DNA from: Lama guanicoe
Taxonomy: Eukaryota
DNA: 64,000 nt
Direction: 5' to 3'
NCBI GenBank assembly: GCA_013239625.1
Contig: MU054338.1
Coordinates: 5,618,724-5,682,723 of the forward strand
The notes under the pieces are model-generated. The model ran no database searches. It worked only from the letters and a program-made list of their open reading frames with translations, and was not told the origin of the DNA. Positions 24,003-35,879 of the stretch are shown one piece after another (the first letter of the stretch is position 1; every line of letters begins with the position of its first letter). The position numbers and the translations under genes were made by a program.

Positions 24003-26334
24003 GGGGTCTGTTTTATCATGGGTGGCTTTTTGGAGGAGATGACATTTGAACGGGACCTGATGGAAGTGCGGAAGATCTGGGGGAAGAGTGTTCCTGTGCA
24101 AAGGCCCTGAGGTTGGACTGTGCCTGACTTGGTTTAGTATCATAAAGAGGCTCATGTGGCTGGAGCTGAGTGAGAGAGGGGGAGAGGGGGAGAGAGGGAG
24201 AAGGGGAGGGGAGGGGACAGGTTGTGCAGGGCCCTATGGGCCTTGGGAAGGACTTGGGCCTTTACCCCAAGGGAGGTGGGAGCCCTGTAGGGCTGTGGGC
24301 AGGGGTGGGACAAAAGACTCCAAGGAAGGTTGGAATAGCCCAGGAGCAGGCCAGGCGCTGAGTTCTGTATCTCATAGAATTCCCAAGCTCAGCAGTGATG
24401 AACTGGTCGCATTTTCCAGATGAGATCTGGCTAGTTATTTCACCGCTCTGGCATCACACAGCTGCTAACTGTCCCATGATGGATCACGTTGGATCCATGA
24501 TTCCAGTCCTCACCTGCTGTCCTCCTGGTGTCAAGAATAATACACGAAAGTGTCCATCACTGTCAGGGAAGCATCGTGCTTGTGAAAGTCTAACTGTGGT
24601 CACTGATCTTTATAACATAAGCACATGGTCATTTGGTGACGATGCCCGTGGTGTCTCTGTTAGAGCTCTGTTGATGGGCACGGTGGCCCCCACCATGGCT
24701 GGGGGTGGGGAGCAGGAAACACAGCTCTGGGGGCATTTGAAGTCTTGGATGGAAGACTCAGGGTTTGATCAGACAGCTGGGAGCCAGAACGAGGAGTAAA
24801 GCTGTGGCAGAGGGCTGAGCCCTCTACCAGTGCCCTGGGGACATTTCTGGTCTCTGACTGAGGGTGACGTGTAGACTTGTGTCCCCCACATCCCCTCCCT
24901 CCGGGTCCACCCTAATTGATTTACTCCCTCTGCAGCCTGACGGCCCCCCTTGCGCCTCTGGGCTGTCACAGTGGGCATTTAATTGGGGCCTTGGATGCCC
25001 AGAGTACTTGCATGGAACTGGGGCCAAGCGTGGGGATTAAGCGGAGCTGAGTGGGGCCATTCGGTGCAGATCTTCTCAGAGCCTTTTATGCTCATGTGCT
25101 TTGCACAGCTCTCTGGAACCTGTGTTCCCCCTTGGCATTTTTTTCCCTCTGAAGCATTTTTGGGGGACCAAGGAGGTTTCTGGAACAGATAAAGGTTGCA
25201 CTGCCATCACCCAAAGGGGAAACTTGAATGGTGGAATTTCAGGCAGAGACTGCTGGCCAATCATCAAAGCTTTTCTCCTCTTCCTCCTCCTCCTCTTCTT
25301 CCCAGGACCTGGGCACTGAGAACAAGGCTGGCGTCCCACGGCTCTCTCTGGGGTGGCCCAGTGGGGTTGCAAACTCTGGGCAGCCAAATTAGAAGTTCAG
25401 TGCGAGGCTGGATGGGGGCAGCCCAGGCAGGGCTGGGGGCGGGGCTTGTGGGGATGCTCAGGGCTCCGGGGGGAGGGGCGGAGAGGCAGGAATCCCCCAC
25501 GTGGAGGCCCCCCTCCCCCAGTCCAGGGTCGCAGTGGGAGGCGGCAGATTGGCCCTGCTCTTCCGAACGTAAACACGCACTGCTGGCCTGGCCCCTCAGT
25601 CCGGCTGCCAGGCCTCTGCCCAGCCCTCTCCTGCGGCCGCTCCAGCGTGGCCGCCCTTTGGCCTTTCACCTTCGACATTCTGCGCACCCGCTCTGGCCTC
25701 TTCCGGCATCCGGCTGTGGGAGCCCCAGGGATTCGGTCACCCCAGGCCTCATCCCTGTGTGTCCTCATGGGCGCAGTCTAGAAAGGCACAGGGGAGCGGA
25801 GGCAGAGGCAGGGCTGGCTGCCCCCCGGGCTGTTTTATTACTACTGTTGTCATTGTTACCGCCAGTGTGACCGGGAAGCTGAGGAAAGTTGAGAACGCAG
25901 AGGAAATGCGTCGCCTCTGGGACACCTTGACCTCAGGTCCTGGACTAGACTCCGAAGGTCAGCCCCCTGCTCCCGCCTCCGCCTCTGCCTCCCCCACCTC
26001 TGGTTTCTCCAGCTGCATCTGTGGCTGCCTTTGGGAAGAGCGTCTAACTGCTAAGGATAGTTTCCTGCCTCAGTTTCCTGCCCCAAGACCAGCTTGCTTA
26101 GCAACGCCCGCCTTGTCCCCGGTCCCAGGACAGCCCCACCATGCCGCCTTGCCCCAGCTTTTCAAGGGGAAGCAGGTCTGTGAGTCTGCAAGGCAGGGCT
26201 GACAGATTTGGGAATATGAGGAGGATGGGAGACAGTGAGAGGCGAGGAGCCCAGGCTGGCCGGAGCAGAGGGCTGGAGGAGTTTAGATTCCATGAAGTAG
26301 GCTGGAGGGAGCTATGGTAGGCGGTAGGCTCTTA

Positions 26335-28400
26335 AAATTTTTTTTTAATTGTAAAATTATGTAACATGAAATTGACCATTTTTCAGCTTACAATTCGGTG
26401 GTGTTATGTACATCCTCAAGGTCATGCCACCATCGCCACCATCCATCTCCAGAATTTGTTCATCATCCTAAGCAGGAACTCTGTCCCCACGAAACACTCA
26501 CTCCCCACCCCTCCCCCGCCCCCGGCCCCCACTGTCCCACTTTCTGTTTTTGTGAATCTGACTCTTTTAGGGACCTCATATAAGTGGAGTCATACAGTGT
26601 GTGTCCTTTTACGTCTGTTTTCCATGTTTTCAAGTTTTATACTTGATGCAGTGTGTGTCAGAAGTTCATTCTTGTTAGAGGCTGACTAGTAATCCATTGT
26701 ATGGATGGACCACACTTTATTTACCCATTTATCCATCGTTGGACACTTGGGTCATTTCCACCTTTTGGTTATTGTGAATCATGCTGCTATGAACAGTCAT
26801 GTACAAATATCTGTCTAAGTCCTTGCTTTCTGTTCTTCCGGGTATATTACCAAGAGTAGAATTGCTGCGTCATATAGTTAACTCTCAGTTTAATTTTTTT
26901 AAGAACCGTTTAACTATTTTTCACAGCAGCTGCTGTGTTATGTAGTCTCACCAGCAACACACGAGGGTTCCAGTTTCTCCACGTTCTTGCCAATGCTTGT
27001 TATTTTCTTCTTCTTTTTTTTGAATAGCCATCTGAGTAGGTGTGAAGTGTATCTCAGTGTGGTTTTGATTTGCATTTCCCTAACCACTAATGACGTGATA
27101 CATCTTTTTGTGTGCTTACTGGTCATTTGTAGATCTTCTTTGGAGAAATACTTGTTCGAGTTCTTTGACCAGTTAAATTGCTTTTGCTGTTGTTGTTGGA
27201 TTGTTGAAGTTCATTATTCTAAGTATTAATTGCTTATCAGATTTATGATTTACCAATATTTTCTGACATTCTGTAGGTTGCCTTTTTGCTTTCTTAATTG
27301 TATAAACATTCTCCATTAAAAATTATTTATTTTAAATGGAAATATATTTGATTTACAATCTGTTCATTTCTGGTGTACAGCATAGTGATTCAGTTATACA
27401 GATATACACCTTTTCATTATAGGTTATTTTAAGATATTGAATCTAGTTTCCCATGCTATACGGTAGGACCTTGTTGTTTATCTAGGAGTCTTGCCATTCA
27501 CATCTCTCTCTTTTTTTTTTTTCTTTTAACAGCTTTGGGATATAGTTCACATACCATGCAATCCACCCATTTAAAGTGTACAATTCATGGAGTTGGGCAA
27601 CCATCACCACTCTCTGATTTTTGAACATTTTCATCACCCTTATAAGAATGCCTGTACTGGTTAGTAATCACTCCGTTTCCATCCATCCTCTAGCCCTACA
27701 CTTTCCATCTCTTTAGAGCTGCCTATTCTAGATATTTCCTATAAATGGAATCATACAATATATGAGCTTTTGTGACTGGCTTCTTTGACTTAGTATAATG
27801 TTTTTGATGTCATCCACGTGTGGTATTTATTAGTATTATATTTATTTTTGTGGCTGATATTCCATTGGATATATAGCACATTTTATCTATTCATCCACTG
27901 ATGGGCATTGGGTTATTTCTACCTTTGGCTCTTGTTAGTAATGCTGCTATGAACATTTTTGTACAAGTATGAGCTTTACTACCCAAGTTCAATTCTTTTT
28001 GGTATATACCTAGGAGTGGAATTTCCAGGACATATGGAAACTCTATGCTTAACATTTTGAGGAACTGCCAAACTCCCTCTCAGGTGGCTGCACCATTTTA
28101 CATTCCCAGCGGCAGTGTAAGAGGGTTATGATTTCTCTGCATTCTTGCCGACACTTGTAATTATCCACCTTTTTGATTCTAGCCACCCCAGTGGGTGTGA
28201 AGTGATTTATCACTGTGGTTTTAATTTGCATTTCCTTAATGATTAGGGATGTTGAACATCTTTTCATGTTGGCTGTTTGTATATGTTCTGTGGAGAAATG
28301 TCTATTCAGATCTTTTGCCCAATTTAAAAAAAATTGAAGTATGGTTGATTTACAATGCTGTGTTAGTTTCAGGTGTACAGCATCCTTTGCCACTTTTTAA
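26335..28400 (-). mobile_element. Cluster of nested L1 3' fragments
   Basis: ORF2 C-terminal remnants (KRCSTSLIIKEMQIKTT) and L1 3'UTR motifs. Confidence 0.85.
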
Positions 28401-30059
28401 GTAGCAGATGTGGTTAGAAAGAAGATGCTGCTTCTGCCTTTAGCCACTCAGACCTCATCTAACTCCCAGTCCTGTATCTTCCCCGTGGCCCCAACTCCCT
28501 CCCTCCCTCCCACCTTTCCTCCAGCACCCAGGGGACCAACAGCCCATCTCAATCTACAACAGCTTCCTAATACTCTCTTCACACTTGAAGGACTGAGAAA
28601 GACCCTCAAGGACCCTTCTCCGACTAAGGGAAGCCTTGCTGGGCCCACTTGAACAGAAAAATGACTGGCAGCTGCTGTGGGAAGACACATTTTCTCAACA
28701 TTATACCAACTTTAAAACATACAGAAAAATGGAGAGAATGGTACACTGGCGGCCTGCCCAGCCTTAGATTTGACAATTAACGTGTTGTTCTATTTACTTT
28801 ATCACATATCACTCCCTCCCTCCCACCCTCTACCCCTTCATCAACCTGTGTTATTTTTTGGATGCAGCAATCAGTACCTGTCCCCTCAAAACACTTCAGC
28901 ATGGACATCACTACCTAGAGCTCAATATTTTGTTTCTTTGTTGCTGGGGAGGAGAGTGACCTTGCCGTGTAAGAAACAGACAAGTCTTCTGTGTACATTC
29001 CTTGAATTTTAAGAAATGCAGACATCTGTGTAATCAAACCTAAAGCATCACTCTCAACCCCAGAAACTGGAAGGCAGACAATTTCAAGTTATCTGTCTTG
29101 CTAGATACCTATTTGGATATTCAAGTACCTTTAGTCACTGACCCCTCAGATAGGATCCTACAAACTTCCTGTTTTCCTCCTACGAATAGAGGCCTGCTTC
29201 CCTCCCAATGCTCAATCCCACATCTCATTCCAATCTCCTGTTGATGAAGATTATCTCATGCTTTGTAGAAACTTATCCGTGATGGAGGGGCGGGGGTGAG
29301 GAAGAGGCAGGGCAAGAAAGGGATTGTCAGGACGATGCAGAATCTTTAAGGCTGAGGAGGAAGAGTCAGTGGAGGGGAAGGAAGGAAGGCTGAGGTGCAA
29401 GGCCCTGGATGGCAAAATGTGCTTCAGCCTCAGGACCTTTGCATGTGCAGCCCCCCCCCTCCCCTGCTATGTTCTCCCTTGGCTTTCTGAACGGTGAGGT
29501 CCATCATCCTTCAGAGCTGAGTTCAAATGCTACCTTTTCAGAGAAGATGACACCTCAGCTACAACTACCAGCCTTTTACTATTGCCTGTTCATTTCTTTG
29601 GTGGTGCTTACCTCAGTCTGTCATTATTATTTTCGTCTCTTCCTTGTCCATCGCACTCCCCTCTCTCCCCTAGAGTATTAGATTTAGGAGGGCAGAGACT
29701 ATGATTGCTTCATCCTGTTAACTCCAACATCGGGTCTAAAACACAGTAAGAAATCAGCACATGTTTATTCAGGGCATGTATGGTTCCAGGGACTGGGACA
29801 TGGGGACCAGTGGGAGTCCTCTGGGAGTTCCATATAAGGTCTCTAAAAAGTCAGAGGTAGGTTTGGAGAGGAGGGGGGTCCCTGATCTGAGCCCAGCAGA
29901 CCGGGGCTCCTCTGGCTGAAATCGGGTTCTCTGCCATTGAATCGGCTCCGAGGCACGCTGCCACTGCGGCCCAGAGGGATGGGGTTCAGGAAGGGGGTGT
30001 CGAGGTCTTGACATGCTTCAAAGTCCCCTCTGACCCTGAGGATCCAGCGAGGCTCAGGG

Positions 30060-31272
30060 GTGCATACCGTGCGCGGGGAGGCGGCGGCAATGCGGGATCC
30101 GCACCTGCCCCTGGTCCTCGGCAGCATCGCGCGCAGAGGCCAGGGAGCACTTCACCCGGCGGGCAAGACCCGTGCGCCCTTCCGGCTGCGCCAGGCCCTG
30201 CGCTCGCGGGGCGGCAAGGAGCTCTCAGGCCGCACCACGTGCGCTCCCAACCCCTTCCCGGTCCAGCACCAGCGCAGCGGCACCCGCGGAGTTCTACCTG
30301 CGCCACAGGGACGGATGCCTGCACTCTGCGCAGGAAGTGGGGCGCGATCCGTGTGCCACGGGTGGAAGTTGTGGGGCAGAACGCGGGGTGGGCAGGAGTG
30401 GGGCCTGGGAGGGTCCGAGAGCGGCTGAAGAACAGGAGATGCCCTGGAGGCTGAAGGACGCCAAGCAGTGGTGCTCGACCACGTGCATCGCACTAGAAAG
30501 CGGGAGACGACTGGGCGGGGCCGGAGGGCGGGGCCTGGGAGGAGGTCTAGGAGGCGCGGTCCTCAAGGTCCGGGGCTCTTCCTTTAAAGCTTCAGTGATG
30601 GTGCTAACCCTGTGCACCCGTCCTGGAAGGTGATGGTGCACCTGGGAGGGCGCGGGTCTCGGGTTGAGGGTGGAGCCTGAAGGGATCCGGGCTCCAAGGC
30701 AGGATGGGAGGCAACGTGGGAGCAGGGGGTAAAAGGAGGCTGTGCCACGGTGCGTGGCTACCTGCATCAGTCCTGGAGGCTGGAGAATCAGGGGGAACGG
30801 GCTGGGATGAGGCCCCGAGTTCACGGGGGAAGGGACATAAAGATAGTGGTGCATCACGCACCCTAAGAGCGCCGCAGTGGGGGTGCTATGGGGACGCAGC
30901 CGATTGAGAAGGCCCAGGAGCTGGGAAGGCGATTTGTATGGCTGCGTCCTTGGCCACCTGAGTAACTCTCCCAGGGCTTCCCTCCCCAGCCCGAGGCGTT
31001 GGACCTGGCCACTACCAGCTCGGATCCCAGGCGGGTGGCCACTGCTGGTCCTGGTGCGGACGCCCTGGTACCACAGCAGTCTGGGGCAATAGGAGGCTGA
31101 GCGCACATTCTCCAGGGTGTAGACCAAGGGCTAGTCTGGGGTCTTGAGGAGGTGAGAACTGGGGACCAGAAGCCTGGGGGCTGAGGGTGGGGCTGAGGGT
31201 GGGCCTGAGTAATGGGATGTGCCTGTGGGCAAGGCCATGCAGTTGCTCTTGGCTGGAAGCTGTTGCGTGCAT
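30060..31272 (-). pseudogene. Frameshifted coding relic, tentatively DIPK2/FAM69-family (divergent protein kinase)
   Basis: CpG-rich; high-GC3 stretches that jump between frames; colinear fragments SQEQLHGLAHRH, LVYTL, WP..LGS, AIQIAF/QLLGLLNRLR, HCLASFS, HNFH, GAA*EL, RIPHCR resemble DIPK2A/2B as recalled; not verified by search. Confidence 0.35.
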
Positions 31273-33469
31273 TTATGAATGTGTCCGTGTCAGCCGTGGT
31301 GTGTGTGTGTGGCTGTGCACAGGGATGTGTTCAGGGAAAAGGAGCACAGTGACTGGGACATCTGGGAGTTCAATTGTCTGCTCTTGAATCCGGCTTCTGC
31401 CACCTAAGGATTGTGGGCTTTGGGTGAGTCGCCCAGTTTCTCCCTGCCTGCATGTCCTCTTTCATTGTGGTTTCATTCATTCCACAGACACTTGAGTACC
31501 CACTGTGTGCTATGCACAATTCCAGCCACTTCAGGGCATAGCAGGGGACAAAACAGACCCAAATCCCTGCTCTGGTGGGGCAGGCCAACAATATAGATGA
31601 AGAAATAAAAGTATACAGTATGTGCAATGGTGGCAAGTGCTGGGGATGTGTGCGCGGGGAAGGGGTTGCTGTTTTAGATTGGGAGGCCTCCTGATGAAGG
31701 TGACATTTGGATGAAGAATGGAAGGAGGTGACCAGTGCTTCAGCCGGGAGAGCCTCTCTGGAAGAGCATGTGCAAAGGCCCTGAGGCAGTAATTTACTTG
31801 GTGAGTTCGCAGAACAGTGAGGAGAGGGCGTGTCACAAGAGAGTGGGGGAGGGGAGCACAGGGAGGGGATGCGGGCAGGTCGTGGGGCGCTCTGTGAGGG
31901 GAGTTGGAGGGGTTGGAGCAGTTCCCCCTGCCTGCCTTGGGGATGATAATAGCATTGACTCCAAGGACTTATAAGAATTATAGGAATTACTATGTGTAAA
32001 GTGATGGTAACAGTGCCTGGTGCATCCTGCACACACATGAAACAGGTTATTATTATGGGTGCTGGACCTGTGTGTCTTGGGGTGTGTCCAGCTGGGTGGC
32101 TGTTGGTGAGTTTGTTGTTGTGAAAGAATCTCTCTAAAGCTCTTTTAAAAAACCCCGCTGGGTGTTTGAAAGCCCTGCCGGGGTTAGTGCTCTCTGGCAG
32201 GGACAGGCTCCTTTGTATGAGATGTTATCCAGATGTCAGCCAGGGTTACTCAGGCCTCGGAGATTTGGCGCTTGCCTCTCTCCCACGACCTGCGGGAAGC
32301 CCAGCGCCCTCCCTGAGATGCCTGCAAATTCCCAGGGCCTGCGTTCTCATGCTTGCTTCTTGGCCCGAGTTCCTGCCCGCTGAACCCTCGCTTTTACCCA
32401 CCTTCCCAGGGGCCAACCCTTGGCTGGGAAGCAGTTCAGTTTTCTTAATTTCCCCCAGACCACCCGTGTATGATCTCTGCATCCTTTACCTGATTGCTCG
32501 CAGGTCCCGCACAAGATGCAATGCCTTCCCTGAGATTCTGCCATCCCAAAGATGGCTCTCACATTGTTGGAGCTTCTGTGACGAGCTCCCTGAAGACATG
32601 GTTTGACAAAAATTCCACAACCCAGAGGAAAAGTTTGCACCCTTCTTGCACCACATAGCAAAATGTGTGACTGGCTTAGAGTGTGAACTGGCCTGTCATG
32701 CAAAGAGGAATCTCCCTTAGATCACCCAAAGCCAGTGGCTGTGATCAGCTGTAGGTACTTCTGATGTCAAGCTGGCATGAAGACTGGAGGGAATGTTGGC
32801 AGGGGCAGCTAGGAGCTGGCATAGACCGAGAGGAAGAGGTAACATCCCATTATGGGGAAACATCAAGAGACCAGAAACAGTTCCAATGAGCCAGACTCCT
32901 GGAAAATTAGACAAGGGCTGCTTCAGACAGCATCAGGCAGTAGGCTCTTTTGGCGATTCTTGTAATAATCACTAACTGCTCTCTCTGGATGTGGATACTT
33001 AGGGTTCAGAGTTCAAAGCTGTAGCAATAGAACCTCGAGTCGGGCAGGGTGAGAACAACCTACCCTGGGCAGGTGTTGACGTGTGGGACAAACCAGAACT
33101 GGTCCAGTTCCAAGACAAGGGTGCAGGGTGTGTTAGAAAGAGGCGTTCCCCCCGAGCCTGGAATTACGACCACAGGCATGCTTACCTTTGATCACAGTTC
33201 AGTGCTACCGTGATATGCACTGAATTGTACCTGAGACTGCTCTCTGTAAGTCTGGCTTGGTTTCTGCGTAACTGCAGCATTTAAGGTCAGCTTGAATAGA
33301 AACTTGACTCCTGGAAGAGGCCTTCAGGAGGATATTATACAATGTTTATTTTTTTTAAATTCAGGAAGTATTTATTGAGCACCTACCATGTACTTATTTT
33401 TTTCTAGTAATTTATGACCCTATGCTGGACACTATGTTGCTGCTTTTTGAAAGGATGGATTATTATAAT

Positions 33470-33745
33470 TTTTAAAATTGCCACATAGTCTGTTTACAAT
33501 GTGTCAATTTCTGGTATAATAACAATAATTTTTCAGTCATACATGTACATACATATATTGGTTTTCATATTCTTTTTCATTATAAGTTACTACAAGATAT
33601 TGAATATAGTTCCCTGTGCTATACAGTATAAACTTATTGTTTATTTTATATATAGTAGTTAGTATCTGCAAATCTCAAACTCCTGATTTATCCTTTCCCA
33701 CCCCCTTCCCCTCTGCTAACCATAAGTTTTCTATGTCTGTGACTG
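33470..33745 (-). mobile_element. L1 3' end fragment
   Basis: tacaagatattgaatatagttccctgtgctatacag. Confidence 0.8.
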
Positions 33746-34788
33746 GACATAGAAGTTGTGGTGCTATTCCCTCTGACTAAAATGCCCTTCCTCTACTTTT
33801 TAAACTTCCATATTCTCAAGGAAGTGGTCCCTGATCACCCTTCTTTTGACACCAATTCTAGGTCAGTATGTCCAGAACACGCAACCTGCAGGGAGTTGGC
33901 CTGGGTTCAAATCCAATTCCATCACTTCCTTGCTGTGTAATCTTGAGCCATGACCTTGATCCTTGTGTCTTAGTTTCCTCATCTGTAAAATGGGGTAATA
34001 ATGGTGTCTGCTTCACACGTTGGGGTGAGGATGAAAGGAGGTTATTATGTGTAAAGTGATTAGAACAAAGTTGGACACTTAGTGGTCACTCAGGTAGCAA
34101 ATAATAACAATAATTTTATTATTTTATATTCTTCTTCTGTGTTCTCTATGACTGCTTGGAGATCTTATTGTGTTTATTAAAATAGCAAAACAGTGCTGAA
34201 CACTGGAATTTGACACAACACTGTAAAATGATTATGAATCAATAAAAAATGTAAAAAAAAACAGCAAAACATTGCAAATTATGAGTTATAATCTTTTTTG
34301 TTGGCAAGTGTAAATAGTAGCTCATACATGGACTGTAGTGCTGAACTTGAATGATGTCTTTAAGATGGAAACTTGTTTTTTATTTACTTCATCTGATTTT
34401 TTCAGCTTTATTGAGAAATAGTCGAAAAAGAAAATTGTAAGATTTAAAGCCTATGCAACCTTTTGTTGTCCCTTGTTTTAACACTAAAGAGTAAAGAAGG
34501 AAAATTAAGCGGCACACGGGTGCTTCGACTTTGTGGCTTCCCGAACTGTATACTGTTTGCTGCTAGTTCTGTTTTATTAAAATTCATGTAGTTACTGGAC
34601 AGGTATTTACATCAAATACTAGTCAAATATTCACCGTCTGAATTTCTCTTACAGCCATTATTATGACTTGGTTCATTACATGATTATTGCTTGAAGTGAA
34701 CTTATTTTATAGATGAAGGAGTTTTAAAATACTTGAATACACCGGGAACTCCGCGGGGCTCGCAAAAAATGTATTAAAGGAAGGAGGG

Positions 34789-34822
34789 TGCAGTCCCACG
34801 CCGGGACCACCAGGTGCCGCTG
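34789..34822 (+). promoter_or_regulatory. Candidate CTCF site with upstream motif
   Basis: TGCAGTCCCA-cgccg-GGACCACCAGGTGCCGCTG. Confidence 0.55.
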
Positions 34823-35370
34823 TTCCCAAATCAAGACCCGCTGGATCCCACCGCGTGGTGATGTTTCCTGAAATCCGCCGGGCTCTGGGACCCACCACAG
34901 CCTGCGGGAGTGTGCCTCAGGCTCTTCCCCACCTCCAGGCCCCCTGCAGTCTGTTCAGCAGCCCCAGGGGCCACGTATGGGACCTTTCCTACAAGCACCT
35001 CTGATCAAGTCCCTCCACCTCTTTCCAGAGTTCCCCAAACATATAAATGTTGATCCTTTCCTCTGAGCCTTTGCATGGACTGTTCCATCTGCCTGGGATG
35101 CCTTCCATCCCGGTTTGCTGATGTGCACTCAGGTAACTTATACTGTAGTTAAAGATTTAGATCACTTTCTCCCGGGGGCCCTTTACTTACGTGTTCTGTG
35201 CCACAGTTTCCTATAATGGGTAGGCTGGACAGAGAAGGGTGTGTCCAGAGCAAGGAATTAGAAGATCTGAAAGGCAATGGGGGCCACAGAAGGTATTTGA
35301 GCAGGAGAGTGTCCCCCATGTAAGAAGAGAAAGGACCCTCTTCCCTTTGCCCCGTTGATCTATCCAGAAG

Positions 35371-35529
35371 TTGTTTTTTTTAAATTATTATCTATTTATT
35401 TTTTGGAGGGGGATGTAATTAGGTTTGTTGGTTGGTTGGTTGGTTGGTTTAATGGAGGTACAGGAGATGGAACCCAGGACCGCATGCATGCTAAGCATGC
35501 ACTCTACTGCTGATTTATACCCTCCCCTG
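35371..35529 (-). mobile_element. tRNA-derived SINE (vic-1-like)
   Basis: Same family body; TSD gatctatcc(a/c)gaag at 35357-35370 / 35530-35543. Confidence 0.8.
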
Positions 35530-35599
35530 GATCTATCCCGAAGGGTTTTAAAGGGTTGGAATGAAAGGCTGTAGCTTTGGCCCCTTCCTGGGCCCCTAG

Positions 35600-35879
35600 T
35601 GGCTAGAGTAGCCGGTCCCTCTCCTGTGTGCCCTCCTGGTGGGGCTCTTTGCTCCCTCGTGACCCACCCTGGGCCCCAGCCAGCCCACAGCACCTGCTCC
35701 CTGGGCCGACACCAGGTTGGGGGCGGGGGGCGCAGTCCTACGGGGAAAGCCACGAACTGCAGGGGGGGCCGGGGTGTCGCCTCTACGGAAGCGCTGGTGA
35801 CTCCACCGCGGAGGAGTGTGAGGCCCCACGCGGCTGATGTGGCTCACGCTGGACTCGCCGGGGAGACAGCCACCCGGAG
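35600..35879 (+). promoter_or_regulatory. Candidate NFILZ promoter/first exon
   Basis: CpG cluster with GC-rich boxes, ending in a good donor GAG|GTGAGC at 35880; the link to NFILZ is inferred. Confidence 0.35.

Noticed and set aside
30270..30490. Plus-strand peptides EFYLRHRDGCLH (AbfB-like) and KQWCSTT (fibronectin type II-like)
   Set aside because: Isolated short matches without the rest of either domain; the minus strand gives a longer colinear interpretation
30940..31040. ARSNASGWGGKPWES resembling glycoside hydrolase 65 (PGGHG) motif, and FHPWH (~30350) resembling tyrosinase CuA
   Set aside because: Fewer colinear motifs than the DIPK reading and key catalytic residues not seen; kept only as alternatives to test
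32166..32606. 146-aa plus-strand ORF including EPSLLPTFPGANPW, superficially DIPK2-like
   Set aside because: Opposite strand to the relic, single motif, no splice context; shows how easily short matches arise by chance
32780..32830. LEGMLAGAARSW resembling a Gypsy gag LxGxAxxW motif
   Set aside because: One short motif among stop codons; no LTRs or other gag/pol features
33194..33228. Small hairpin cagttcagtgc...gcactgaattg
   Set aside because: An 11-bp stem is too short for a pre-miRNA, and no snoRNA boxes are evident
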